A program made the position numbers and the translations under genes. From contig NC_087436.1 of NCBI RefSeq assembly GCF_036321535.1, positions 86,864,001-86,928,000 of the forward strand: a DNA stretch of 64,000 nucleotides. The letters run 5' to 3'. Each line of letters opens with the position of its first letter. Position 1 is the stretch's first letter. The notes under the pieces were generated by a model. The model did not search any database. It saw only the letters and a program-made list of their open reading frames with translations, and was not told the origin of the DNA. This stretch comes from Camelus dromedarius. Taxonomy: Eukaryota. Positions 12,576 through 25,632 of the stretch are shown piece by piece.

Positions 12576-13509
12576 ACCTGGGATAGACAGTGGATAGCAA
12601 TGTAAGCAGTTGTTAGTCTTGCTTACTCACTGTTTTGTTTTTTTTTTTAGCACTTTGTTTTCAAGATTTATTTTATTAGATGAAATTAAGAATCTTCAGT
12701 TGGATCTAGTGTTTCATTAGTTTTAAAAAGGCACAAGTCAATACCATAGGTCTGCTCTGAACTCTTTTGAGACCTTTGTTCAGTAATAGTTGTAAGAATG
12801 AATCAGTGCACAATCTAGTGACACAGCGCTGTTTCTGCTCCCTCCCTTCCCTGCAGGGGAGTGGGGGCTCAATGTATTTGTATTCATGCTGGCTTCATTC
12901 TGAACTTAAGCCTTTCTTATATTTATTATAAAGTTAGAAACACACACACACACACCCCCCATCTTTGAAGCATGAGGACTTTCTCCTTTTGCCTATTTCC
13001 CAAGTGATTGAACTGATTTTTTTCCCTTAGCTGTGACCATGCATTTGAACTGTCAGCCAAGAGGTCTCTTTAAATCTGCAGAAAGCAATGAGTTATAGCA
13101 TAGATAAACACACACTAAAGTGTTTCTAGAACTGTAACCATACAGATCACTAAATCTTTCATAATTAATGTTTGTTTTTGTTTTTTCTTTTTCCTGCTGA
13201 GTTAGCATGAGATTAAGGTTTTAACTTTATCCACGACTACTTAGTTGTTGGTTTTTTTTTCTCCTGATGCCATTTTACCATTAAGCATGTGATGTTCTTT
13301 TGAGTTGTTTGGTGTATAATTGAACTTTTCCATTGAACTACTGAACTTCTTAAATACTCGTAGAAATTGTGGGATGATTCTCATTCTTGTATGCCCCATC
13401 CAAGGAGCACAGTGCAGCCATCATAGATCAATGCTGATGAACAGCATCTAATATCAGGGGTCTTGTAATGATAGGGAAGGTTAATGGTTAATTTTTTTCT
13501 TTTGATAAA

Positions 13510-14375
13510 GACAATTTTAAAAATTATTTTCTAAATTACAAAAAATAAATCATAAAAATTTAGAATATGTTATAGCTTTCCAAAGTCACCTATAATTTTA
13601 CTATCTATATAAATTGATTTCAGTGTTTGGTATGTTTCCTTTCAGATCTTTTTTATGTGTCCATTTACACACACACAAACACACATACACACACGCACAC
13701 ACACACACTGTTATTGTTGTTTTTTAATGAAAATAGAGTCATGTAGTAATGCTGTTGTAACATTTGTTTTTTTCATTCAGGACATTAAATATCTTCCATG
13801 AGGTCACAGTAGTCACAGTGTTGTAAAGGCTTTGTAATCCACTAGCTATTCTCATTCAATTCTTCACTCTTCTAAACAAGATTATATATTTGTGCCTCTC
13901 AATTTTTATTTTTTTGATACGAATATCTAGATTTCCTTGGTCAAAAAGTATGTACATTTTAAAGCTTTTGATGCTTATTGGGCAAAATGTCCTATAGAAA
14001 TGTGCAAATTTAAACTCTTCACGAAGTGTAATAACCATGCCTGTTGCTTCATACCATCATCAATATTGCTGATTTAATAAGCAAAATTTATATCTCATTT
14101 TAACTATCTAACACTCTTCAATTACTTAATTAAGGTGGAATGTTTTCATGTTTGGTCATTTCATTGTGTATATTCGTATTTTGTGAAATGCTGAATTGTG
14201 CTTTTTTATTTTTTTCTACTAGGGTTTTAATTTTCTTGTTAATTTGTAAAAGCTCTTCAAATATTTAGGATATCCATCATTTTCCATCCTGTTTGTTATT
14301 TAATATTTATTTATTTATGGGTACTTTTTTTAGAATACAAAGTCTATTTTTGTGTAATTCCATCTGTCTTTTCCT
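13510..14375 (-). mobile_element. Ancient L1 (L1ME-like) 3' fragment
   Basis: T-rich stretch with reverse L1 motifs (tttgatgcttattggcaaaatgtcctatagaaatgtgcaaatttaaactc; tatatctcattttaact; gtgaaatgctgaattgtgc). Confidence 0.55.
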
Positions 14376-14439
14376 CTGTTGGTTTGCTTTTAAACATTTT
14401 TGGAAGACTTTTGGAAGAAGATTTTGTCATGCATTGTGG

Positions 14440-14590
14440 TAAGAACTTTACAGTCATTATCTCATTCATTCCACCCTACAAACTGTATGATTCAGGTATT
14501 ATTATTGTCATCCCATTTTACAGTGAAGAAATTGACTCCACAAATGGCAGCTTGGGAATTGAATCCATGCAGCCTGACGCAAAGCTGGTG
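14440..14590 (-). mobile_element. MIR SINE
   Basis: attatctcattcatt...attattgtcatcccattttacagtgaagaaattgac...ggaattgaatccatgcagcctgac. Confidence 0.75.
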
Positions 14591-14894
14591 ATCTTGACCA
14601 TTTATTTCATTCCTCTCTTGCTTGATTTTGCTTTGGTGTCATGTTTATCAGTGCCTCCCACCTCTCAAGATTATGTAAACATTCACCTGTATTTTCTTTT
14701 GGTTTAATTATGGTTATATGTTTACCTATTATTTAACTAAATATTTTATCCCATAATCCCTGGATCTCTTCTGTTCTCTCATCTGCAGACACAGAGAATA
14801 ACTGCTAGTTGTTTTTTATTCATGATTCTTTCTTTGTTTCTAAAGCTGCTGCTAAATTCCTTTCTTTTTCTTCTTCTGTTAATGCTAGTGTTAG

Positions 14895-15320
14895 TTCCAC
14901 CAACATTTGCTGGGCATGTACTTTGTGCAAGAATCTGTTAGTCACTGTAGGGATACAGCAATGAAGACAGTCTACCTGTCCAGCAATTTGTGATGTAGTG
15001 GCAAGAAAGAGAAACATACATGAAGAACTTTGAGGTGAGCTATGGTAAGTCCCATAAAAGGGAGGCACATAAAATATTGGAAAGGGGGAGGTAGACAATA
15101 ACTTGAATTGGTGAGGGAGGTAGATGTAATTCAGGAAGGACTTGTGAAGAAGTGAAATTTAAATCAAACCTTGAAGGATGAGAAGGACTCAGACTGTAAA
15201 ATGAGGATGGTAATAGAACCATCTCATAGGCCTGTTGTAAAGATCAAATGAATTAACATGCAAAGTGTGTGGGGCAGTGCCTAGCATGTCGCTAAGAGCT
15301 GGGTCAATGTTAAACATTGT
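14895..15320. mobile_element. L2 fragment (minus) followed by MIR fragment (plus, about 15192-15320)
   Basis: caacatttgctgggcatgtactttgtgcaag...gggatacagcaatga; then ctgtaaaatgaggatggtaatagaaccatctcatagg. Confidence 0.6.
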
Positions 15321-17799
15321 CTTCTTGATCATAACTTGAGCAAAATCTGGAAAATGCTGATTCTAGGGTAAGTCCTACCTGGTAGAATTTCATCTGTACA
15401 TTAGAGTATTCCTCTTGATTTTTTCTGTTAGTAGTTGCTGATTTGTATGTTTCATGATTTTCTACATTATTTTCACAAGGCTATTCATGTTGCATTTAGA
15501 AGAGAGGCAGGATATTTCTGAAGGAAAATAAACTTAATTAACATGGAGCCAGTTTTATTAACTTTTATGTGTCATGCTTTTATTTTGAAAAATGTTCATT
15601 TGTTACAAATTAACCTTAGACTTCTGTTTAATCAAGAGAGTCTGACGGTCTCACTCATAGATTGTAATCACAGTTTTAAGTATTTTCAAGCAGTTGTGTG
15701 CCTGCGTGCACGCACACACACTATTTGTTACGCTTAGTAGCTGACACAGTAGCTTAAATTAATGTTTTGGAATAATTTAGGTTAAATTCAGACAATGAAT
15801 GGAGTTTTTAAAAAACATGTTTGATACCTTTGCTTTTGGGCAACTTGGGTGCTTGGAGGACTCTCCCAATTGGAGGTGGGACCCTGTCAGGAGGCAATAG
15901 TCAGCACCAGAGACTAGGAAGCGGGAAACTTGAAGCCCAGAATGGAATCTTGGGAGCAGCACCTACTGTATAGTGGTCTGAAACCCGGCTCCAGGGCTAG
16001 GTTACATAGATGGAGACTGCTAACTCCTTCTGTAACATACCTTGGGAACAGAAGCCAGTCCCCAAACCTAGCAGGTCGGCTACAGGCAGAAGATCAATGC
16101 AGGTGGACTGAAGTCTAGGTGCAGCTGTTAATGCTCTTTAACATTTATGGAGCACTTGGGTGGGACACAGAGAGAAACCAGACCATCTTCCTTACTCTTC
16201 TCTTCTTTCCATCCATCCTTATCAGAACCGTCACTTCCTTCCCCACCAAGACCAGTTGTCCTTGTACATGTGCAGAGTTGGAGAGAAAAAACACAGAACT
16301 ACTACTAGCCCAGACAGTACCTTAATAAGAGTAAGAAAAGGCCCTCTTTCCTCAAGGCACTCCACTGCTTCTGCCAAGTAATTACCATAATCAGTATACA
16401 GATCTATGATATCTATGATTTTAATTATGTTCCCTAAATGTAGAGCAGACAGCCATATGGCTGCCCTGAAAGCAAAGGCTGCATATTGGGAGAGAAGGGA
16501 GGAAAATTATAAAGGCCATTCTGAAGACACTTTCACCACTTTTATCCCACTGCGTAACTTGACCTGCCCTGTCCTCCAGGAGAAATGCAATTGACATTTT
16601 CGACTTTGTTGTGCAAGTCTGCTGTAGGCACTGAAGGATATTTAATGACCCTGGTTCCCTTTCCCAGCTTCCACACTGAATGCCTGTAGTGCTCCCCAGT
16701 CACTGAGTCAACCCAGACCCCCACTCCCATGTCCCCAGATGAATAGTGTCATTCAAGTAGGGACCTTCCACCCTGCCTCACAGTTCTAATCCTTCATTCT
16801 TGAAGATGCCAGGCATTAAGGCTCCCCATTTGACTTTGAACTATTTGACGTCAGAGATAAAGTTGTCTTCCTGGTATCCAGAGTCTGGCACAGTCCCTGC
16901 ATCTTCCTGGGAAGTTTTTCTCTCCCTTCTCTACCAGGTCAACTAAAAATTTAAAATGTCAAAAGCTTATGTAATTTGTAAAAGCCCTTTGCATAATGAA
17001 GTGCTACTTGAAATCAAACAAGGATATCGTATATTATAATTAAAAGTAGTTGGAAACTACTTCTGTAATATATCTAAAATATTAGTGTCCTATTCAGACC
17101 AGTACTTTCAGGGATGCTGGGCTGTTGATTTGCTAGTGCAGAATATTATTCTAGGTCAAAGTTGCCATGGTTCATTACTACTTAAGAGGGAGTTAAGAGG
17201 AGATGTTTTGTGGCATGGTTCTTATGCAGGTTCTTGTCTTAAACTTAACATTGCAAAGGATTATCATTTCCAGACAGTTTCATTACTGTCCATACTTCCC
17301 TTTAGATTGTATGTTCCACTGAGTCAGCCTCTGTGTGGCCTGAAGTAACACACTTTATAACGTGTAAGAGTCTATTAGCTGTTGGGAATGTTCAGTGGCT
17401 CCTGTTTGGGAAAGGCATTTTTATAATTCATTTAATATGTTTGAAAAGTACCCTCCTCAAGCAAGAGATGAGTCAAAATTATCGCAATAAAACAATCTAC
17501 AAAGAGAATGCTTGCTCATCAGGAAAGTTAATCTCTTGTGGCTGCTAGGAAGACTGTTTCATGGGCAGCCTGAGTATATTAGGGCAAGTAAAAAGTTTCC
17601 AAGCTTCTGCAAGGACTCATGGTAACAAAAGTTGTTCTTTCTACTTAGCACTATTCCCATTTGATGTGAAGCAAATAATAAGTACAAAAATGATACAAAA
17701 ATGAGGCATTGATGATTTGAGTTCCCTATTGCCAAATATTTGCTTTGGGGCAGTGTACCAGCCATCTGGAAAGGCCTTTGGACATGCAAGGCAGCTGAT

Positions 17800-18295
17800 G
17801 GTTCAATTTGTTAGGCTACATATCAGGCTTCTATAATAAATAGACTCTAAAATACAGTAGACATAGCAAGATAGAAATATCATTCTCACGTAAAAATCTC
17901 CATCAGTGGTCTAGGGCTTGGTCCGTGGGGCCCAGGCATCCTCAGTTTGGTTGTTTTGCATTACATGCTTCCATTTTGTGATCCCAAATAGCTGCTCTAA
18001 CTTTTGCAAGCATTTCCTTATCCCACAGATAAAAAATAGGGACAGAAAGGTATTGGTGGGTACCACATGTTCCTTTAAGATCATGACCCAGAAGTTGCAC
18101 TGTCACCACAGCTCACCATCCCACTGGCCACTCTGGGCTGTACCTAGTTGCAAGGGAGGCTGCAAAATGTGGTCTTTTTCTGGGTGGCTGTGAGCCAAGA
18201 TAAAGGAGTGGTTTTATTCCTAAATGAAGCAAGGACATTGAAGGACATTCAAATTCATTGAAATTGAATATTGGAGCATAAGAAACAAGCTCTGC
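17800..18295 (-). mobile_element. Old MaLR LTR (MLT1J-like)
   Basis: cccagaagttgcac...cagctcaccatcccactggcca...cctagttgcaagggaggctgcaaaatgtggtctttttctgggtggc. Confidence 0.65.
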
Positions 18296-18819
18296 TAAGA
18301 TGTTACTGTTAGTTACAGCACTGAGTCAGTGAAGTAAATTACTTATTTCTATGGGACATTTCTATAGAGTAGATTACTTTTCCTAGTTCATTGAATCATC
18401 TGTGGAAGGCATTTGTTATATCAAATAATGCTGATGGAATTGGCTACATCATTGTCCTTGCTTAGATTAATTGTCCTGTGTGTCAGTGTCATGCAGAAAG
18501 GAAGCCAAGAGGAGGCAGCTTCTAGGGCTCTCCGGCCACCAGTGAGTGTAGAAATGGAAGCTAATACAACTTTGTTCTTAAAGGCGTCATCTCATACTTA
18601 AGTAGTTTCCACCATCTAAATAACCAAAATATAAGGGAGATGGAAGATTTCATAAAAGCCCCCAAATTTGGGCATATTCTTATTATAATCCTCTTGAATG
18701 TTAATTTTCATTTCTTTGGATTTTTTTCCCCTCAATTTACGTGAACTTCTAAAAAAATTTCTTAATCCCCTTTACCCTCTCGTAGTCCACTCTGATTATC
18801 TTTCTTCCAGATTTTGCAT

Positions 18820-19065
18820 AGTCTTTACTTCCTCCAGGAAACTTTACCTGACCTCCCAGTTCTGGATTGCGTGCCTCAAATATATTCTACCGTAACATCA
18901 GGAATTCTGTTTACTATCTACAGACCAACCCTCTGTATTGTAATTGTCTGTTCAGATGTTACTCTCCTCTGCTAGACTCTGAGCTATGTAAGGAGATGTG
19001 TCCTTTCTGTCTAGCACACAGGGCCTGGACACAAATTTGTAAAATAAATGTAAGAATAAATGAAT
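18820..19065 (+). mobile_element. L2 3' end
   Basis: cttcctccaggaaactttacctgacc...ctagactctgagct...ctagcacacagggcctggacaca...(aatg)n tail. Confidence 0.65.
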
Positions 19066-19360
19066 GGGAGAGGGTATAGCTCAGTGGTAGAGTGCGTGCT
19101 TAGCATGCATGAGGTCCCAGGTTCAATTCTCAGTACCTCCATTAAAATAAATAAGTAAATAAATAAACCTAATTACTTCCCTCCCCCAAAAACAAAAAAA
19201 CAAAAAACAAAAAATAAGTGGTGCGGGGGAGGGTGTAGCTCAAATGTGGTAGAGTGCATGCTTAGCATACACAAGGTCCTGGGTTCAATCTCCAGTACCT
19301 CCTCTAAAAATAAATAAATAAGTAAACCTAACTATCTCCCCCCCCTGAAAAAAAGTAAAT
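19066..19360 (+). mobile_element. Dimeric camelid tRNA-Ala-derived SINE (vic-1-like); monomers start at about 19066 and 19225
   Basis: Each monomer reads gggagggtatagctcagtggtagagtgc..gcttagcatgcatgaggtcc.gggttcaat...cagtacctcc (A box, AGC anticodon arm, B box), followed by an AT-rich tail with aaacctaa..acctccc. Imperfect 14-bp TSD at 19052-19065 and 19361-19374. Confidence 0.9.
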
Positions 19361-21569
19361 AAGAATGAATGGATGAATAGAAGGGAGGAGAAGGGAGTAA
19401 AGCTAACAAATAGGGACGAAGAAATAAAGGAGGGGGATGTACATTTGATTTCATTTATGTCCATATGTTTGATAACCATTTCTGTCTGACCCACCTGGCT
19501 GGCAGCCTGCTCATGGAGCAGTCAGGACACTGGTCTAGAAGGCTTGTCCTCAGAGGCCCGCTTACTAAGCATGACAGTTATTCCTCTTCTTCTATTCAGT
19601 CCCTCCTCTAAGTTTATAGTAGGGAGCAGAGGTGCTATCAGTATTGTGGGAGTGAGAGCATCTCTGTGTTGGCTCAGTGGACTGTGGGCCAAGGTCATAG
19701 GCCCATTTCCTCATTAATTCACTCCCAGATTGCTCCAACGAGAGCTCTAAGGAGTGTTTGAGCAATGTATTTCAACTCTGTACCATATTCCATCAGTTCA
19801 CAAAAATAAATTTCCTTTGGGTGTGATCTGTATTTTCAAGCATTACTAATTTTAAAATCTGTCTATTATATTCTACTTTTGAAAGATGTTTTTAGAGATA
19901 GACCTGTTTTTAGTCTTACTATGTTGTCTAATTTAAATCTAAGTCGTCAATGATACATTTTTATTATGGTGCATTCCATTATTATCTTCAACATTGAGAG
20001 GTCTTTCCCAACTTAATGTGCCTATTCTGTAAAATAAAGTGAAAAAATACCATTTGAATAGATGGAAATAATTTAAAATGGGCCATTGTGAAGGGCAGAG
20101 AGATATAAAGAATGGAATTGATGAAAAACCACCACTGTGGTTATAAATTCACAGCCTTGGTGGTAGCTTCTTAATGAATAATTAAGGAAGCCAGGGGCTT
20201 GGAAGGTGTAAAGATTCTATAAGTGTCATGGGATTGTAAAGCTGGAATCAGGAACCTTTGAAATCCTCTTGTGCAGTACTCCCATGTTATAGATGAGGAG
20301 AGTGCCTAAGTGACATATTTAAAGTCACTGAAAGGGGCAGTTGTCTTACTTGCTTGTTAAGTGCTCTTCAATTTCTAAAGCTGTCATGGCCTGTAGTCTG
20401 ACAAAACGTCAGAGGCAAATTTAAAGATACCAAAGTGTTCTGTATGAGTCACTAATTTTTTTTCACTTTAAATCTTTTTTTTTTTTAATTTTGGAAGTAA
20501 AAAGAGATAAGGCATAAGTAAAGAAACTACAAACATAAATCTGATTCATAGTAGTATTTCAGTTAGTTTAGGCATTAATTTTGGTCTACAGCAAATGTGA
20601 AAGAAAATGGAAGGATTTCAGAAGAACATAGTTGTCATATGAACTCATCGAATTACTTGCAAATTAAACCAATTATTTAGTCTTATTCCATGTGCAAATG
20701 AAATTTTAAATTTAGTAGGATTTGGGGGATTATATTTGAATAGTTTGGAAAATATTATAATTTTGTCTCAAGTGAATTTATACATCCAAGTTCCAAAAAT
20801 AAGAAACGCAAAAATTCAAACCAAGCTACAATGTATCACCTGGCATGGCTTTGTTTTAAGAAATAAAATTGATTTCTGTACTAATAATATTTGCTTTTTA
20901 CTTAAATGGAAAAGTTACCAACTCTAAAAGTGATTTGAAGTTTTTGCTACTTGTTAGGTACCTGTGAGTTCCTGAATTTCGGTTCAAATTCCTGTGGAAT
21001 TCTATGGGGATGACCAAATAGATGCAGCCATTGTTGGGGAAGAAAGTTTGTTCTGCAGTCAGCAGAATCTGAAACTCCAAAGTAAACTGTAATTGGAGCT
21101 GAGTCAGACTTTCTCTAGTCGGTGCGGTGCAGTGGGCTGTCACAAACATGCAAAATGGCTGTCTGTGCTGCACGGCACAGGCAGCAACATTTGTATGGAT
21201 GATACAAATCTTTATTATAAACAAAAACATTCCATGCCAACTGTACTGAATACAAGGCATTTCTCTTGACTGAGAACAAGAGTGAGATGTGGGGTATAAA
21301 GACTGTTTCGTATTAGCAGATGTTTTTCACTTTGTAATGAATTTGTTGTTGCATTCTCCCACCCCAAGACTCTAACAAAATGAGGAAATAAGCCAGTTTC
21401 AGATTTCATTACCATGAGTTGTTTTATTCTTCCTAGTGGCTAATTTAATCATTTAGTTGGCATAGAGATGGAGAATGGAGCTGGTTTATTCAGCTAGTGT
21501 TTTCTAAACACTTTAGGATGTGCTTAGCAATATAATAGGAGCTAACTGCCCAAAGATGACTTATACTCA

Positions 21570-22320
21570 GGACTTTGACAATATTATTTATTCTTCCTTA
21601 TCCAGCCTCTTGTTACTATTGAGACATCTGTAGTCACTGTAATGTCAGTTTCTTTGACTGTAATCCATTTTTCTTTGGCTACTTTTCAGTTTTGTGTTTG
21701 TGTGTATCTGTTTTTATTTTTTTAAAACAATTTTATTATACTGTTCCAATGTCTAACTATGGATCTGTTTCCATTTGCCCTACTTGGTATACATTGTATT
21801 TTCTGTGTCTGTGGATTTATGTTTTTCTTCAGTTGTGAAAAATTTTCATATATATTCTGTTCTAGTATTTTGTCTCTTTATTTTTTTCACTCTGAGACTC
21901 CAGTTAAACCTGTTTTAGACCTTCTTAGTCAACCTTCTTTTCAGATTTATTGTCTTTTATTTCTTTGTCCTAGTTATGGTAATATCTTCAGATTTATCCT
22001 CTACTTCACTATTTTCCTCTTTAATATTTGAAGTCAGCATTTGAGTTTTAATTTTCAAATACTGTATTTTTCCTTTCTAAAAACTCTGTTTTATCTTTTT
22101 TCAGACTTAAGGTTATTTTTGATAGCCTATTATTCCCACTTTTTAAAATTTTATCATCTTTTATTTCTTGGAACATTTCATATATAATCAGATTCCATTC
22201 TTTAATTGGTAACTCCAGTCTCGAAGTCATTGGGATCTGAATCCACTGAATGTTGTGTGTGCTGAATCATCCATGGCTTGCTTCCTTGGGTGTTTTATGG
22301 TTTTGGGTTGTGAGCACATT
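21570..22320 (-). mobile_element. Ancient L1/HAL1-like fragment containing ORF1-like remnants
   Basis: Minus-strand K/E-rich remnant (EMFQEIKDDK...LKKDKTEFLERKNTVFE) resembles the L1 ORF1 coiled-coil region; strong T skew on the plus strand. Confidence 0.55.
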
Positions 22321-24527
22321 TCTGGTAGGATAACTTTTTTTTTCCTTTTTCTTCTCTATGCGGTTTCAAACCCTTCTCTTTCAATAGATCGCAGCAAGAG
22401 AGCTGCTCTGCTACATATGAGATCCCCAACCCGGAAACAAATTGTCTATGAATGGTTTAGCACCAGGTTCTCCCATGAACTTGTTGGTAGGATAATCTTT
22501 GGTAATTCTGCAGACCTAAATCAGGAGTGTGTTCCTTCAGAGATGATTTGGTTAGACTCCTCCCCTGGAACTAAGGGTCACTAAGGACACTCCCAGTCTG
22601 CGACTGCTTTAGGCTGCTTCAGTGTCCCGAATTAACATAGGATGTGCAGATCCAGCTCTTTCACCGTGAAAGTGGTCCAAGACCAAATTTCTGGATTCCT
22701 ATGCGGAAGCCAATAATTTCCCCAAGGCAACACCAGCTTTCTGTTGATTCGTTATCCAAAGTCTAATTTTAGCTGACTGGTTAACATAAAACTATGTTTT
22801 AGTTTTTTTGCCTGTACAGATTTCATTTACTTTCTTACAAGCCAGCAATGAATTTAAAAAGTAAGTTTATTATCATTTATGTATGATCGTATTTTGTGCA
22901 CGCATTATTTCAACAAGAGAGCTTCTCATAGATAGTATCTAGCCCAGTATTACTCCAGGATACTGTTGTCCACCTTTAATAGTAGCCCACCAATAATCTG
23001 TGTTGTTAAGAAAATAAAACATATGGCATTATTAATCTTGCGAATTTTGAATAATGAAATGCTTTCACAGGGTAAACGTTGCATATTTCAGAGATTAGTC
23101 CCATTTGAGGAAGGAACTCTTTCTTTTTCCTCTTGGTTTTGGTGGACACTGTAATTAATGCAAAATCTAAGGATTGGCACTGTCTTTATCCTAGGGTACT
23201 AGGTAATTTTACATAATTTTTAAACACAATTGAAATCCAAATCAAGTGTCTTGGTTTATTTACCAGATTATAGGTAGAATCTGTAAATGCCTAGGAGCAA
23301 CTGGCCAGTTGGATGTCTTAAAAATATGGCTGTATTTTAAGATTGGAATTTTTTGACTTGTTATTTATACTTTGGTCATATTAGTGTTCCTGCAAAATAT
23401 TTGGTTCATTCTTTGTAAGTTAGTGTTGTTTCCCCCATCATCATTCAGGTCCAGCTGGATTAGTTACCAGGGGATACTAATCTACAAATAAATGAAACAT
23501 GTACCTTGGACATGATAGCCAAGTAGAAAAGTCATGTACACAAATAATTATAGTGCCATGGGCTAAGTTCTAAAAGAGGATACAAAGTATTATGGGGATG
23601 GATAGGAGGGAACATCTATGTGATGCTGAGAATCTCACCAGTCTGAGAAGATGTCACAGAGAAGAAGACATATAAATTGGATACTATAGAATAAGTAAGA
23701 ATTACCAACTAGAGAAAGAAGGTGAGGAATTTCAAGCAAAGAAGTTATTATTAAATGGAGCAGGTTAGAAAGATTTTTCAGAGGAAGAGCTGATTAATAG
23801 TATAGCACATTTGTTTTCTTAAAAAGGGTAAAAGCCATTAAGTTAATGTTTTACAAAATCACAACTCCTCTGTATCTTCTGTTCACACTCACTCCCACCC
23901 CACCCTTTCCCAGTAAATGTTTGATTATATTATGTAGACCTAGGTTACAAATCTGGTTTGTGTGGAAATTCTTTCTTAGTCCACATCTTTGATACTACAG
24001 CAACTTCTGATCCTCAGAATGTGATCTCTAGTCCTTCTACTATCTTCAGGCCAAGTTTAATTGCTGGCTACCTTGGCATGGGCTCCACCTTGCTTCCTGG
24101 GTTCATATAGCACCATCTGGGGCAGGAGTAGAACTTTATTTTGCTTCAGGTCACCATAATCCTTTTTTTCCCTCCCATTCTCAGGAACTTTATTTTTTTT
24201 CAAGCTAGAGAATTACTTTATGTTTATCTTGGATGATTTTTTTTCTTGTAACTTCAAATTTTCTCATTCCATTATGTCATCCAGCCTGCATATCTTTCTG
24301 TGTACCTTTCCATAGAATAGGCCTATTTTACAAACATAAGGCAAAATATATTAGGTATTACTAGTGCCAAATTGATGATTTCTATCCTTCAAGCAGCTAG
24401 TTTGCTCCACAGATTTTTTTTCTTTTTGCCACTAAGGCAAAGAAAGGACATTGGCATATTTGCAGAGATTAGACGTCATGACTTCTAAGGCCTCATTCTG
24501 TTTTAACATTCTATGAAAAGTGCATTG

Positions 24528-24985
24528 ATACACCAATGTTCATAACAGCATTATTCACAATAGCCAAAAGGTGAAAACAACACAAATGTCAATAGACAGA
24601 TAAATAGATTAAAAAATGTATATACACACAATGGAATATTCTTTAGCATGAGCATTGAAGACATCATGTTAAGTGAAATATAAGACAAACACAGAAGGGT
24701 ACGTACTTTGTGATTTTACTTATATGAGGTATATAAAGTAGACAAACTCCTAGAGACGGAAAGTAGGGTTGTGGTTTCTGGAGCCTGGGGGAGGGGGCAT
24801 TGGGAGTTATTGTTTAATGGGCATAGGTTTTCAGTTTGAGAAGACGAAAAAGTTCTAGAGATGGATGATGGTGATGGATGCACAGTAATGCAAAATGTAC
24901 TTAGTGCCTCTGAACTGTACACTTAACAATGGCAAGTTTTATGCTATATGGGTTTTTTTTTGTTTGTTTGTTTTGACCACAGTAG
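24528..24985 (+). mobile_element. L1MB-like 3' end
   Basis: ccaatgttcataacagcattattcacaatagccaaaaggtgaaaacaac...gttctagagatggatgatggtgatggatgcacag...ctgaactgtacactta. Confidence 0.85.
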
Positions 24986-25059
24986 GAAAAGCGCATCTGA
25001 GAAAAGATGACTTGAAGAAAATCATATTGCGTTTAGGGTCATCATTTCAGAGACTTTAT

Positions 25060-25430
25060 TTATTTAGTCATCCATTCATTCAACAAACACTGAGTTCCTA
25101 CTGTGTGTCATATGCGTTTTAGACACTGGGGATATAGCAGTGAACAATACAGACAGTAACTGAGTATTTTAGTAAGGTGAGACAGACAAGCAAAGTAAGT
25201 AAACAAAACATGTAGTAAGTAGATGGTGAAAATTCTGTAGCGAAATGTACAGCAGAGAAGGGAGATGGAGTAAATCTGGATTAGGTGAGGACTGTCGCAG
25301 TTTGCCAGGTTGCTCACTGACAAGAGGCGTTTAAGTAAGACCTGAGGAGGTGAGGGGGCAGCCACATAGATATCTAGGGGGAGGTGTTCCATGAAGAGAC
25401 AGCAAGGGTCAAGGCCTTGAGACCGACTGA
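25060..25430 (-). mobile_element. L2 3' end
   Basis: cattcattcaacaaacactgagttcctactgtgtgtca...ttagacactggggatatagcagtgaacaa. Confidence 0.8.
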
Positions 25431-25497
25431 TAGCAATAATAATAATAATACATTTCCCTTGCTGAGCATTGGCTTTGTATATATATTGTATTTATAT

Positions 25498-25632
25498 TGT
25501 TCCCCCCAATTGTATTGAGATATAACTGAGATACAACACTGTGTAAGTTTAAGGCGTACAGCATAGTGACTTGACTTACACATATTTTGAAATGATTACC
25601 ACACTTAGTTAACATCCACCATCTCATATATG
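25498..25632 (-). mobile_element. Short L1 3' end (L1MA9-like/laurasiatherian)
   Basis: tattgagatataactgagatacaacactgtgtaagtttaaggcgtacagc; homologous to 47535-47660. Confidence 0.8.

Noticed and set aside
19066..19141. Functional tRNA-Ala(AGC) gene (also at about 19225, 30752 and 62060-62131)
   Set aside because: The tRNA-like heads are followed by the shared SINE AT-rich tail and TSDs, have mismatched stems and lack a T-run terminator; they are SINE copies.
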